Assembly: GCA_902524385.1 (NCBI GenBank)
Contig: CABZCZ010000001.1
Coordinates: 135,941 to 199,940, forward strand
Direction: 5' to 3'
From: an uncultured Alphaproteobacteria bacterium
Lineage (GTDB): Bacteria; Pseudomonadota; Alphaproteobacteria; HIMB59; GCA-002718135
DNA length: 64,000 nt
In this document: piece by piece, positions 1 to 9,193 of the stretch
How the letters are laid out: each line of letters starts with the position of its first letter
Numbering within the stretch: position 1 is the stretch's first letter
Notes under the pieces: generated by a model
The model's input: only the letters and a program-made list of their open reading frames with translations
What the model was told of the DNA's origin: nothing
Databases searched by the model: none
Position numbers and translations under genes: made by a program

Positions 1-130
1 TGAGAAATTATAGAAATACTAACTTAACAATTCACTTATGCGTTTTTAACTTATTCAGAAATGCTAATATTTTTTGGTATTTAAATTTAAAATTAAAGTT
101 TATAAATTATTTTAATACATATTAATACTA

Positions 131-925
131 ATGTTAAAAAAATTACAAAGATCTGAAGGTGAAATAGATTTAAAAATTTCTGATAATGAAATAAAAAAAT
201 TTTTTCAAAAAGGATCATCTAAAGTTTTAATTCCAAATAGTCATAATAAAATTAAAGAAATCGTTTTGATTAATACTAGTGGTGGAGCTACATGTAATGA
301 TATTATTAAAACAAATATTAAAATAGAAAATTCAAAAACCAGTATTACTACTCAAGCGGCTGAAAAAATATATGCAGGTATTGGAGATCCTGCACATATA
401 AATGTGAACATTTCTATTAAAAATTCTAATATTAATTGGCTACCAAAAGAATTAATACTTTTTAATAATGCAAAATTAAAAAGAAATATAAATATTGATT
501 TAGATAGAAGTTCTAATTTATTTCTTTGTGAAACTCTAATTTTTGGGAGAAAAGCCATGCAGGAAAAAATTAACAACTTATTTTTTTTAGATCATTGGAA
601 TATTAGTATAAATAATGAAATTAAACATTTTGAAGCAATAAACATCAATAAAAATATTGATCAAACATTCAATAATAAATTTTCAATTAACCAAAATTCA
701 GCTTTTTCAACAGTTTTAATTTTTGGAGATATAGTTGATCAAATTAAAGATGATTTAAAAAAAATAATTAAAAAAATAACTAATGTTTCTTGTGAAATTT
801 CTACTTGGAATAATAAAATTGCTATAAGGTGTTTAGCTAATGATAATTATAATTTAAAAAAAACACTAAATTATATTTTAGAAAATATTATTCATGATAA
901 AGTTCCTAAAAGTTGGTATTTGTAA
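131..925 (+). CDS. ureD: urease accessory protein UreD
   Basis: 264-aa ORF abutting ureA (stop 923-925, ureA ATG 926). Size and position fit the ureD slot of a ureDABCEFG operon. The sequence itself is only weakly diagnostic. Confidence 0.7.
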   Translation: MLKKLQRSEGEIDLKISDNEIKKFFQKGSSKVLIPNSHNKIKEIVLINTSGGATCNDIIKTNIKIENSKTSITTQAAEKIYAGIGDPAHINVNISIKNSNINWLPKELILFNNAKLKRNINIDLDRSSNLFLCETLIFGRKAMQEKINNLFFLDHWNISINNEIKHFEAININKNIDQTFNNKFSINQNSAFSTVLIFGDIVDQIKDDLKKIIKKITNVSCEISTWNNKIAIRCLANDNYNLKKTLNYILENIIHDKVPKSWYL

Positions 926-1228
926 ATGAAATTAACACCTAGAGAAAAAGATAAATTAATGGTCAGCATGGCAGCTGATGTTGCCAGAAAGCGTCTAGAA
1001 AGAGGGGTTAAACTTAATTATCCAGAAGCTATAGCGTTGATTACAGATTTTGTCATAGAAGGTGCAAGAGATGGAAAAATGGTATCAGAGTTAATGGAAA
1101 CAGGTGCGCACGTAGTAAAAAAAGAAGATTGTATGGATGGGATTCAAGATATGATACCAGAGGTGCAGGTAGAAGCAACATTTCCTGATGGAACAAAATT
1201 AGTAACCGTTCATAAACCAATTAGATAA
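926..1228 (+). CDS. ureA: urease gamma subunit
   Basis: 100 aa. [11 protein letters not shown]...[10 protein letters not shown]... is the classic urease gamma N-terminus. Junction with ureB overlaps (ATAATG). Confidence 0.95.
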   Translation: MKLTPREKDKLMVSMAADVARKRLERGVKLNYPEAIALITDFVIEGARDGKMVSELMETGAHVVKKEDCMDGIQDMIPEVQVEATFPDGTKLVTVHKPIR

Positions 1229-1536
1229 TGAAACCAGGAGAAGTAATAGCAAAACAAAACAGTGATATTAATTTAAATGATGATCGAAATTCAATTAAAT
1301 TAAAGGTTTCAAATAGTGGAGATCGACCAATACAAGTTGGAAGTCATTATCATTTTGCTGAAACTAATGAATATTTAAAATTTGATAGAGAAAAATCCAA
1401 TGGTATGCGTTTAGACATTCCATCAGGCACAGCTGTTCGGTTTGAACCCGGACAATCAAAAGATATAGAATTAATTCCAATAAGTGGAGATAGAAAGATA
1501 TTTGGTTTTAATAAGAAAGTAATGGGCCAATTGTAA
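1228..1536 (+). CDS. ureB: urease beta subunit
   Basis: 102 aa. MKPGE..., [17 protein letters not shown] and RFEPG motifs are typical of urease beta. Confidence 0.95.
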   Translation: MKPGEVIAKQNSDINLNDDRNSIKLKVSNSGDRPIQVGSHYHFAETNEYLKFDREKSNGMRLDIPSGTAVRFEPGQSKDIELIPISGDRKIFGFNKKVMGQL

Positions 1537-3242
1537 TGAAAAAAATAAAAAGAGAAGCTTATGCTGATATGTATGGTCCAACAACCGGTGATAAAGTTAG
1601 ACTTGCTGACACAGAACTCTTTATTGAAGTGGAAAAAGATTTAACAACTTATGGTGAAGAAGTAAAATTTGGTGGAGGAAAAGTTATTCGAGATGGAATG
1701 GGCCAGTCTCAAGTATGTCGACAAGACGGTGCTGTCGATACAGTTATAACAAACGCTTTAATTGTTGATGTAAAAGGAATTTATAAAGCTGATATTGGTC
1801 TTAAAGATGGCTTAATTAATGAGATTGGTAAGGCTGGTAATCCAGATACACAACCAAATGTAAATATTATTATAGGACCTGGAACAGAAATTATTGCAGG
1901 TGAGGGAAAAATTATCACAGCAGGAGGTTTTGATAGTCATATTCATTTTATTTGTCCTCAACAAATTGATGATGCACTTCATTCCGGTATAACTACTATG
2001 TTGGGAGGAGGAACTGGTCCTGCACATGGTACTTTAGCTACTACAGTTACACCTGGACCATGGCATATAGAGAAAATGATACAATCAGCAGATGCTTTTT
2101 CTATGAATTTAGCTTTTGCAGGAAAAGGAAACAGTTCATTACCTAAAGCACTTGAAGAACAAGTGATTGCTGGTGCAAGTTCACTAAAATTACATGAAGA
2201 TTGGGGCACAACTCCAGCAGCAATAGATAATTGCTTAAATGTTGCTGATGAACATGACATTCAAGTTATGATTCACACTGATACATTGAATGAAAGTGGA
2301 TTTGTAGAGAGCACGATAAAAGCAATTAATGGAAGAACTATTCATGCGTTTCATACAGAAGGAGCAGGAGGAGGTCATGCGCCAGATATTATAAAAGTTT
2401 GTGGTGAAGAATATGTTATTCCATCATCTACAAATCCGACAAGACCGTATACAGTTAATACAGTTGAAGAACATTTAGATATGTTAATGGTTTGTCATCA
2501 CTTGGATAAATCAATACCTGAAGATGTAGCATTTGCTGAAAGTCGAATTCGAAAAGAAACAATTGCCGCTGAAGATATACTCCATGATATGGGTGCATTT
2601 TCAATTATTGCATCTGATAGTCAAGCAATGGGTCGAGTTGGTGAAGTTATTATAAGAACATGGCAAACCGCTCATAAAATGAAAGTACAACGTGGGCAAT
2701 TAAAGGAAGAGCAGGGTGATAATGATAACTTACGTGTTAAACGTTATATAGCTAAATACACAATTAATCCTGCCATTGCTCATGGTATTTCGGATCATAT
2801 TGGCAGTATCGAAAAGAATAAACGCGCAGATATTGTCATTTGGGACACAGCTTTTTTTGGTGTTAAGCCTGAAATGGTTTTACAAGGTGGAAGTATTTCT
2901 TGTTCACAAATGGGTGATCCGAATGCATCTATACCAACACCACAACCAGTGTACTCCAGACCAATGTTTTCTTCTTTTGGAAAATCATTAGAAAAATCTA
3001 CTGCAACTTTCGTAAGTAAAGCTTCTTTAGATAAAAATTCATTCAAAAATTCTGGAATTAGCAAATCTTTATTACCAGTTAAAAATATTAGAAAAATTTC
3101 TAAAAAAGATATGGTATTAAATGATTATTGTCCAAATATAGAAGTTAATCCAGAAACTTATGAAGTTAAGGCAGATGGAGAATTAATTACCTGTGAGCCT
3201 GCTAAAATACTACCTTTAGCTCAACGTTATTTCATGTATTAA
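1536..3242 (+). CDS. ureC: urease alpha (catalytic) subunit
   Basis: 568 aa. Carries the hallmarks [46 protein letters not shown] and SSDSQAMGR. Confidence 0.97.
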   Translation: MKKIKREAYADMYGPTTGDKVRLADTELFIEVEKDLTTYGEEVKFGGGKVIRDGMGQSQVCRQDGAVDTVITNALIVDVKGIYKADIGLKDGLINEIGKAGNPDTQPNVNIIIGPGTEIIAGEGKIITAGGFDSHIHFICPQQIDDALHSGITTMLGGGTGPAHGTLATTVTPGPWHIEKMIQSADAFSMNLAFAGKGNSSLPKALEEQVIAGASSLKLHEDWGTTPAAIDNCLNVADEHDIQVMIHTDTLNESGFVESTIKAINGRTIHAFHTEGAGGGHAPDIIKVCGEEYVIPSSTNPTRPYTVNTVEEHLDMLMVCHHLDKSIPEDVAFAESRIRKETIAAEDILHDMGAFSIIASDSQAMGRVGEVIIRTWQTAHKMKVQRGQLKEEQGDNDNLRVKRYIAKYTINPAIAHGISDHIGSIEKNKRADIVIWDTAFFGVKPEMVLQGGSISCSQMGDPNASIPTPQPVYSRPMFSSFGKSLEKSTATFVSKASLDKNSFKNSGISKSLLPVKNIRKISKKDMVLNDYCPNIEVNPETYEVKADGELITCEPAKILPLAQRYFMY

Positions 3243-3247
3243 AATTT

Positions 3248-3694
3248 ATGCAAACAGCTTTTAAAATAACAGATCACAAAGATGCTAGTAAAAATATACA
3301 AGATGAAATTACTTTATCTTATGAAGAACGATTTATACGACGAAAAAAATTAACAACAGATAATGGTACAGAATTTTTAGTTAATCTAGAAGAAACAGTC
3401 AGTATGGATGAAGATCATTATTTCGAATTAGAAAATGGAAATTTAATTCAAGTAGTGTCAAAAGAAGAAAATTTGATTGAAATTACAGGTAATAATTTAA
3501 AACATATTATTTGGCATATTGGCAACAGGCATTTACCTTGTCAAATTGAAGAGAAAAGAATTCTTATTCAAGATGATGCTGTAATTTTAGATATGATTTT
3601 AAAATTACACGGGAATGTAAAAAAAGTTTTTGAAAAATTTAAACCTGAGGGTGGGGCTTACGGTATGGGGCGTACTCATAGTCATAAGCACTAA
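3248..3694 (+). CDS. ureE: urease accessory protein UreE
   Basis: 148 aa directly after ureC, with a short His-rich C-terminal tail (GRTHSHKH). Size and position are typical of UreE. Confidence 0.85.
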   Translation: MQTAFKITDHKDASKNIQDEITLSYEERFIRRKKLTTDNGTEFLVNLEETVSMDEDHYFELENGNLIQVVSKEENLIEITGNNLKHIIWHIGNRHLPCQIEEKRILIQDDAVILDMILKLHGNVKKVFEKFKPEGGAYGMGRTHSHKH

Positions 3695-3695
3695 A

Positions 3696-4332
3696 ATGAA
3701 AAAAATAAAAGATCCTTTTCAAATATTACAAATTTGGTTTTCCTCATCTTTTCCTGTTGGTTCTTATGCGTACTCTCATGGTTTAGAGGCATTAATAGAT
3801 GATAATAAAATTAAAAATAAAGATGACGTTAGAGAATATTTAGAAGCATTATTATTTTATGGCAGTCTTAGAAATGATTATATTTTTTTAAAATCTGTAT
3901 ATATGGGTGAAGAAATTAATGACTTAATTTTAGCAAGTGCTTCTTCGAAAGAAAGACATATAGAAATGATTGATATGGGAAATTCTTTTCGAAAGATAAT
4001 GAAAGATAGTTGGGGATTACAATTAGAAGACAATACTTCTTTTATTTACAGTATTGGTAAAGCAGCTATTCATTTTGAAATAAAATTTGATGACTTAATT
4101 AAATTTTATCTTCAGTCGTATATTTCAAACTTAATAAATGTATGTGTGAAGCATATTCCTATGTCACAAAAAGATGGTCAGATATTAAATGTTAATTTTA
4201 TTGATCAAATACAAAAAATTTTTAGTACAATCAAAGGAATTAACTCTTAAAGATATTGGAACGAGTTTTTTTATTGGTGATATTTTTGCAATCAAACATG
4301 AAAATTTAGATTCAAGGATTTATTTGACATGA
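3696..4332 (+). pseudogene. ureF: urease accessory protein UreF, reading frame interrupted near its 3' end (or assembly indel)
   Basis: The ORF from ATG 3696 stops at TAA 4248-4250. The +1 frame is open from 4189 and reads ...[31 protein letters not shown], a UreF-type C-terminus. It ends at TGA 4330-4332 in an ATGA overlap with the ureG start. Confidence 0.75.
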
Positions 4333-4940
4333 ACAATATAAATGGTCCGTTAAAAGTTGGTATAGGTGGAGGAATAGGCACAGGAAAAACTAGCTTAACA
4401 GAAGCTTTATGCCGTCATTTATCAAACAGAATTTCAATGGCAGTAATATCAAATGATATTTATACAACTGAAGATGCAGAATATTTAATGAGAGCTCAAG
4501 TTCTTCCTATGGAAAGAATTAAAGGCGTTGAAACAGGTGGGTGTCCCCATACGGCTATCCGAGAAGATTGTTCAATTAATTTACTAGCTGTTGATGAAAT
4601 GAAAAAAAAATTTCCTGATTTAGAATTAATACTTATTGAATCAGGCGGCGATAATTTGGCAGCTACTTTTAGTCCAGAGTTAGTCGATTTAACAATTTAC
4701 ATGATTGATATTGCGCAAGGTGCAGATATTCCAAGAAAAAAAGCTCCGGCAATAAAAAAGTCAGATTTGCTTGTAGTTAATAAAGTTGATTTAGCACCTC
4801 ATGTCGATGTAAATATCGATCAAATGGAACAAGATGTAAAGAAAGCCAGAAATGGATTACCTTATGTTTTCGGTGAAATGAAAAATAGTAACGGAATCAA
4901 AAAAATTTCTGACTTCTTAATTTCTCAAGGTGGTATTTAA
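4329..4940 (+). CDS. ureG: urease accessory GTPase UreG
   Basis: 203 aa. P-loop [10 protein letters not shown] plus [28 protein letters not shown] and NKVDLAP motifs. Confidence 0.95.
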   Translation: MNNINGPLKVGIGGGIGTGKTSLTEALCRHLSNRISMAVISNDIYTTEDAEYLMRAQVLPMERIKGVETGGCPHTAIREDCSINLLAVDEMKKKFPDLELILIESGGDNLAATFSPELVDLTIYMIDIAQGADIPRKKAPAIKKSDLLVVNKVDLAPHVDVNIDQMEQDVKKARNGLPYVFGEMKNSNGIKKISDFLISQGGI

Positions 4941-5209
4941 TATTCTTGTTTCTCTAAAGCGTACACAGTGTCTGTACTATTAAATTTTGCATCAAATTCT
5001 TTTGATTTTGGATCTTCAAATAAAGCATAAAATTTATCTTGGTCAGTAACATTTGCCATACTAATAACATGACCATCTTTTACAAAAGCCATATCAAAGC
5101 CATCTGTATATTTAGCTATATCTTCTTTAAAGTAATTATATAATTCCATATAATCATCTTTTGTAAATGTTCCTTTTGTAACAACACATAAGTTCATATT
5201 TTTCTCCAT
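4937..5209 (-). CDS. small hypothetical protein (alpha+beta-fold-like)
   Basis: 90-aa ORF with balanced composition. The more likely start is the second ATG at 5197, preceded by GGAGA. The stop overlaps the ureG stop by 4 nt. Confidence 0.5.
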   Translation of the reverse strand: MEKNMNLCVVTKGTFTKDDYMELYNYFKEDIAKYTDGFDMAFVKDGHVISMANVTDQDKFYALFEDPKSKEFDAKFNSTDTVYALEKQEY

Positions 5210-5223
5210 TTATTCAAAAAAAA

Positions 5224-5252
5224 ATCCTCACCATTTCTCTTAATGGGAGGAT
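5224..5252 (-). terminator. intrinsic-terminator-like hairpin plus U9 in the leader of the 4937-5209 gene
   Basis: On the minus strand, ATCCTCCC-loop-GGTGAGGAT is followed by nine T (5216-5224), ending about 10-20 nt before the start codon. No co-directional upstream gene exists for it to terminate. Confidence 0.5.
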
Positions 5253-5433
5253 AATTTTATACGTATCTCATTTTAGCTGCTTGTGAACCGCAATAGAGTC
5301 AAATCGTTGTAATTTAGTTAATACATTTTTGTTACAATTCAATTAAATCCTATAATATTATTAAAATTAATTAGTTCTTATCGATAAAAGTTAATTTATT
5401 TGAACTTTTCATTACAAAACCTATATTTTATTT

Positions 5434-5718
5434 ATGAAAATTTTAGACAATATATCTAATTTATTTAACCAAAGTTCAAAAAAATCAGATAAAGAAGAAG
5501 CTATTCCTGAAAATCTTCGGAGCAAGGAATTAGAATGGAAACTAGCTTTACTTGTTAGAAATATGGATGACGTAGAAGATATAGATCTAAAATTTGTTAG
5601 TGTTTCCAAAATTGATATGGGTACCAAAAAAGATTTATTTACATCCTATAGATTGGATTTCAATGGAAGAGAAAGATTAAATCAATTTAAGAAAAAATAC
5701 AAAAATATACTTCTGTAA
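5434..5718 (+). CDS. hypothetical protein
   Basis: 94-aa charged ORF. The competing antisense ORF is Ser/Leu-rich and looks like a shadow. Confidence 0.45.
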   Translation: MKILDNISNLFNQSSKKSDKEEAIPENLRSKELEWKLALLVRNMDDVEDIDLKFVSVSKIDMGTKKDLFTSYRLDFNGRERLNQFKKKYKNILL

Positions 5719-5747
5719 AAAATATTTAATAAAATAATTTATAAATC

Positions 5748-6152
5748 TTATTCGTATTTATCAGAATACAAATAAGGTATGCCAATTACTAAAATAATAT
5801 AGAAGACCATAAAACCAGCTATTAGTGGAATAACTTCACCAGCAGGCACTGTACTAAATGGACCTAAAACAAATCCATAAATCACAAAAAGAATATTTAA
5901 ACCTACTAAATAATAGCCACCACTTCTTTTCATGCTATACAACATATAAATTGTGTAAGCGATTGCTAACTGAAATACGATACTTACAATAAAATCTAAA
6001 GTTGAGAGCTGAACATTAAAATCTCCAACAGGGGGTTGTACACCTTGCCCTGAAAAATACCCATAAGTTATTCGGTAGGTAGTATCAATAAAATCTAATG
6101 AAATTAAAATTAACATAATCCAATGTAATGGCTTGAATAAAGTTTCTTTCAT
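5748..6152 (-). CDS. hypothetical integral membrane protein
   Basis: 134 aa with about 4 hydrophobic segments. Confidence 0.55.
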   Translation of the reverse strand: MKETLFKPLHWIMLILISLDFIDTTYRITYGYFSGQGVQPPVGDFNVQLSTLDFIVSIVFQLAIAYTIYMLYSMKRSGGYYLVGLNILFVIYGFVLGPFSTVPAGEVIPLIAGFMVFYIILVIGIPYLYSDKYE

Positions 6153-6183
6153 ATTGTTTTAATACTATTTTAATACTGATTCT

Positions 6184-6888
6184 CTAATTATTATTTTTTT
6201 CATTGTCTTGTTGATGATTAACAACATCAACCAGTATTGCAATTACAAGATTTAAGATTGTTATTGAACAAATAGAGATAAAAGAAAAAAAATAAATCCA
6301 AGACCACCAATATATTGCTTGCATAGGCAGCATAACATTTTCCCAACTGGATAAGGTTAAAACCTGAAAAAGAGTAATAAGAGAAATACCTAGATCAGCC
6401 CATCTTTCTGGATCATCATCTCCAAAGAGAATAGATCCCATTGTTGCATAAATATATAGTATTATAAAAAGGAGCAAACTGACAAAAAAAACTCTTTTGA
6501 TTGATGCAAGAATAGCTTCAATAATTTTTTTTAATTCAGGTATTACAGATATCAGTCGTAGAACTCTAAATATACGAAGTAGACGTAAAACTAAGAAACT
6601 AGAGTTGTTAGGAATTGGTATAAGAGAAATTGCAACAATTATTGTATCAAAAACATTCCAACCATTCTTTAAAAAATTTTTTTTCTCTTTTTCACCTATA
6701 AAACGGATAAGTATTTCAATTACAAAGAAAACAGTTATAGCATAGTCAAGTAGATGAATCGTATTTAGAAAGATTGGATCTAACTGATAAGTTGTAGCGC
6801 CTATAAGGATAGCATTTAATATTATTATAGTTACAACTGAGAATTGAAATATACGATTATCTTTTAATTTTGCAAAAAAATCTATCAT
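6184..6888 (-). CDS. voltage-gated ion channel, single 6-TM domain (BacNaV-like)
   Basis: 234 aa. S4 is LRLLRIFRVLRL, with 4 Arg at every third residue. The pore segment LFQVLTLSSWENVM aligns with the NaChBac/NavAb LFQVMTLESWSM. Confidence 0.8.
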   Translation of the reverse strand: MIDFFAKLKDNRIFQFSVVTIIILNAILIGATTYQLDPIFLNTIHLLDYAITVFFVIEILIRFIGEKEKKNFLKNGWNVFDTIIVAISLIPIPNNSSFLVLRLLRIFRVLRLISVIPELKKIIEAILASIKRVFFVSLLLFIILYIYATMGSILFGDDDPERWADLGISLITLFQVLTLSSWENVMLPMQAIYWWSWIYFFSFISICSITILNLVIAILVDVVNHQQDNEKNNN

Positions 6889-7076
6889 TCTAGATTAATT
6901 AAAGCTATCGAAGCAGTATCTACTAAAATAAAATTTTACCATTCTCTACTTTAATCATATCTCTTATTCTTTCACCCATATTTACTCTTTATAAATTTTC
7001 AACATTATTCTCATTTTGTAAATCATAAAAATAAAGAGTTTAATATTTTCATTATTTAAATATTTCGGATACATAT

Positions 7077-8075
7077 TTAAAGACCTGTTTTTATTACTAC
7101 TTTACCATGTTTATCTCGTGGTTCTTTTAAATATTCCCACGCATTACGATATTCTTCCATTGGATATGTACGATCAATATTAGGCTTTAACTTTTCTTCT
7201 TTCAATGATTTATAAACAAAATCAGTTCCTCTATTTTTCATTTCAACATTTTCAACATAATTAAATAGTGAATATGGATGAAATGTAGCGTTTGCTTGAA
7301 ACATATCCACTATTGGTAATTGTGGAAATACTCCATCTAAAGTTCCATAAAAATAAATAGTGGCATCACGTGCAAGAGCAGGACTATATTTTGATATCAT
7401 GTCCTGGCCAACAGGATCAAAGGCAGCATCAATACCTCTACCGTTTGTCATTTCATTAATAGTAGATGCTAAATTATTTTTTTTAGGAACAATTACATAC
7501 GAAGCGCCTGACTGAATTAAATAGTCAGTATTTTTTTCAAACCTTGTAGTTGTAATCATATTGGCTCCATATAATTTGCCAATATTTAATGCTGCATTTC
7601 CAGCTGTACTCGTTCCAGCTGTTACGAGAATATTTTTTTCTGGTGAAGCTTTGCAAAGTTCAACCATTGGGTAATAAGCAGTCATAAATTGCATCCATAC
7701 CGAAGAACTTTCCACAGCACTTAATCCTTCTGGTGCACGAGTAATATATCTTGCATCTATCGTGATATAATCAGCACTCGCACCTTTATTATAATAAAAG
7801 TAGGGTAGAGTGCAGTATCGTTTACCAAGTTCTATATTATTTACACCTTCTCCAATTTGATCAACTATTCCAGCAGCTTCCATTCCTATTCGTGCAGGAA
7901 ATTTTTCAAAACTAAAAGAATATCGATCCAGCATTAAATCCATATCACCCCAATTGAGAGCAAAAGCTTCAATTCTAAGACGTACTTCACCTGGACCTGC
8001 GTTTTGTATTTCACAATCCCGTAATGTTAAACCTTGATAACCTGAATATTCATAAATAACCCATTCACGTGCCAT
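7077..8075 (-). CDS. MDR-family NAD(P)H quinone oxidoreductase / zinc-type alcohol dehydrogenase-like
   Basis: 332 aa with a GroES-like N-domain and a Rossmann region (VTAGTSTAGNAA). Confidence 0.8.
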   Translation of the reverse strand: MAREWVIYEYSGYQGLTLRDCEIQNAGPGEVRLRIEAFALNWGDMDLMLDRYSFSFEKFPARIGMEAAGIVDQIGEGVNNIELGKRYCTLPYFYYNKGASADYITIDARYITRAPEGLSAVESSSVWMQFMTAYYPMVELCKASPEKNILVTAGTSTAGNAALNIGKLYGANMITTTRFEKNTDYLIQSGASYVIVPKKNNLASTINEMTNGRGIDAAFDPVGQDMISKYSPALARDATIYFYGTLDGVFPQLPIVDMFQANATFHPYSLFNYVENVEMKNRGTDFVYKSLKEEKLKPNIDRTYPMEEYRNAWEYLKEPRDKHGKVVIKTGL

Positions 8076-8110
8076 AATTTTTACTTACTTTTATTAATAA
8101 AATTGTAATA

Positions 8111-9130
8111 CTAAATTGTCTTTAAATTATCAATTTTTCTATCCATGATAAAGAACCATAATGGAGGAATTAAAGCCATTACTAACATGACAGAATAATT
8201 AGCAGGCATTTCTATTGCTTTTTCTTCTTGAGATAGAAGAGGGTAAGGTTTTGATGCACTTTGATGATGCTCTGCATGAAGACCTAAATTAAATGTCGAC
8301 CAATTAGCGGAAATATGACGACTATTCCAAGAATGGAGATCTGTGAATCTTTCATATCTTCCATTCTCTTTTTTTCTCTCTAATCCATAGTGTTGAATAT
8401 AATTTACTATTTCCAATAAAATAATTGAAACAAAAGAATGAAAAATAACAAAAACTAAACCATTAATTCCAGCAACTAAGTAAGCTATTAACAAAAATAT
8501 AAATTCCAGTACAAAATAATGTATCATTCTGTTCTGTAGATTTAAAGTTTTAATATTTTTTCTTTCAAGAATATTTTTTTCAATTTTCCATGAAGAAATT
8601 ACACTATTAATTACACACCGAATAAAATAAAAATAAAAATTTTCTCCTCTTCTAGCTGTAGCAGGATCTTCTTTTGTAGCTACCTTTCGATGATGACCAT
8701 AAATATGTTCAATACGAAAATGTCCATAACAACATAAAACAAGTAAGAATACACCAATACCTCGCATAAATTTATTTTGTCTATGAATAAGTTCGTGCGC
8801 TGTGGTAATACCTATTGAGCCACCAGACATACCTACAGCTGCCCCTAATGCTGTTGCCGCTAAAATTGTAATATTAGGATTTGAAACAATATATAAACCA
8901 AAGATTATCAAGAATAATATACAAGGAAGTACTATTAAAATTGAGAAATTGTGAAAGACATTTTCTTTTAACTCAAGATCATCCTTATTTAAATAAGGTA
9001 AGAGCAAATCAATAATTGGAACTAATACAAAAACCCAAATAAATGGGGATATCGACCAGGATGGATTAATTATTAATCCTAAGGAACTAGAAAGTATTAA
9101 TATTAGTGGAGTTACTAAATAAAAAATCAT
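8111..9130 (-). CDS. alkB: alkane 1-monooxygenase-like membrane di-iron hydroxylase
   Basis: 339 aa. His boxes HELIHR, EHIYGHHRKVATKEDPATARRGE, NYIQHYGLER and LHAEHH closely follow the AlkB pattern. Confidence 0.8.
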   Translation of the reverse strand: MIFYLVTPLILILSSSLGLIINPSWSISPFIWVFVLVPIIDLLLPYLNKDDLELKENVFHNFSILIVLPCILFLIIFGLYIVSNPNITILAATALGAAVGMSGGSIGITTAHELIHRQNKFMRGIGVFLLVLCCYGHFRIEHIYGHHRKVATKEDPATARRGENFYFYFIRCVINSVISSWKIEKNILERKNIKTLNLQNRMIHYFVLEFIFLLIAYLVAGINGLVFVIFHSFVSIILLEIVNYIQHYGLERKKENGRYERFTDLHSWNSRHISANWSTFNLGLHAEHHQSASKPYPLLSQEEKAIEMPANYSVMLVMALIPPLWFFIMDRKIDNLKTI

Positions 9131-9193
9131 TGTAATAATTATATATTATTTTTTTTTCTAAACTAATACCTAAATTAAAATAAGGAAAATTTA

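Noticed and set aside
1812-3064. Four ORFs (1812-2027-, 1979-2260-, 2776-2991+, 2795-3064-) inside or antisense to ureC.
   Set aside because: ureC is unambiguous across this span. The overlapping ORFs have Ser/Cys/Leu-rich shadow-frame composition and no start context.
3630-3695. Upstream extension of ureF overlapping the end of ureE by 65 nt.
   Set aside because: ATG 3696 lies immediately after the ureE stop and yields the expected UreF N-terminus. The extension is out-of-frame read-through of ureE sequence.
131-4940. The urease operon itself as a novelty.
   Set aside because: It has standard ureDABCEFG organisation with canonical motifs. Only the ureF frame break is worth follow-up.
5421-5627. 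68-aa minus-strand ORF that the nearby terminator at 5224-5252 might have served.
   Set aside because: It is Ser/Leu-rich and fully antisense to the better-looking 5434-5718 ORF, so it is most likely a shadow frame.
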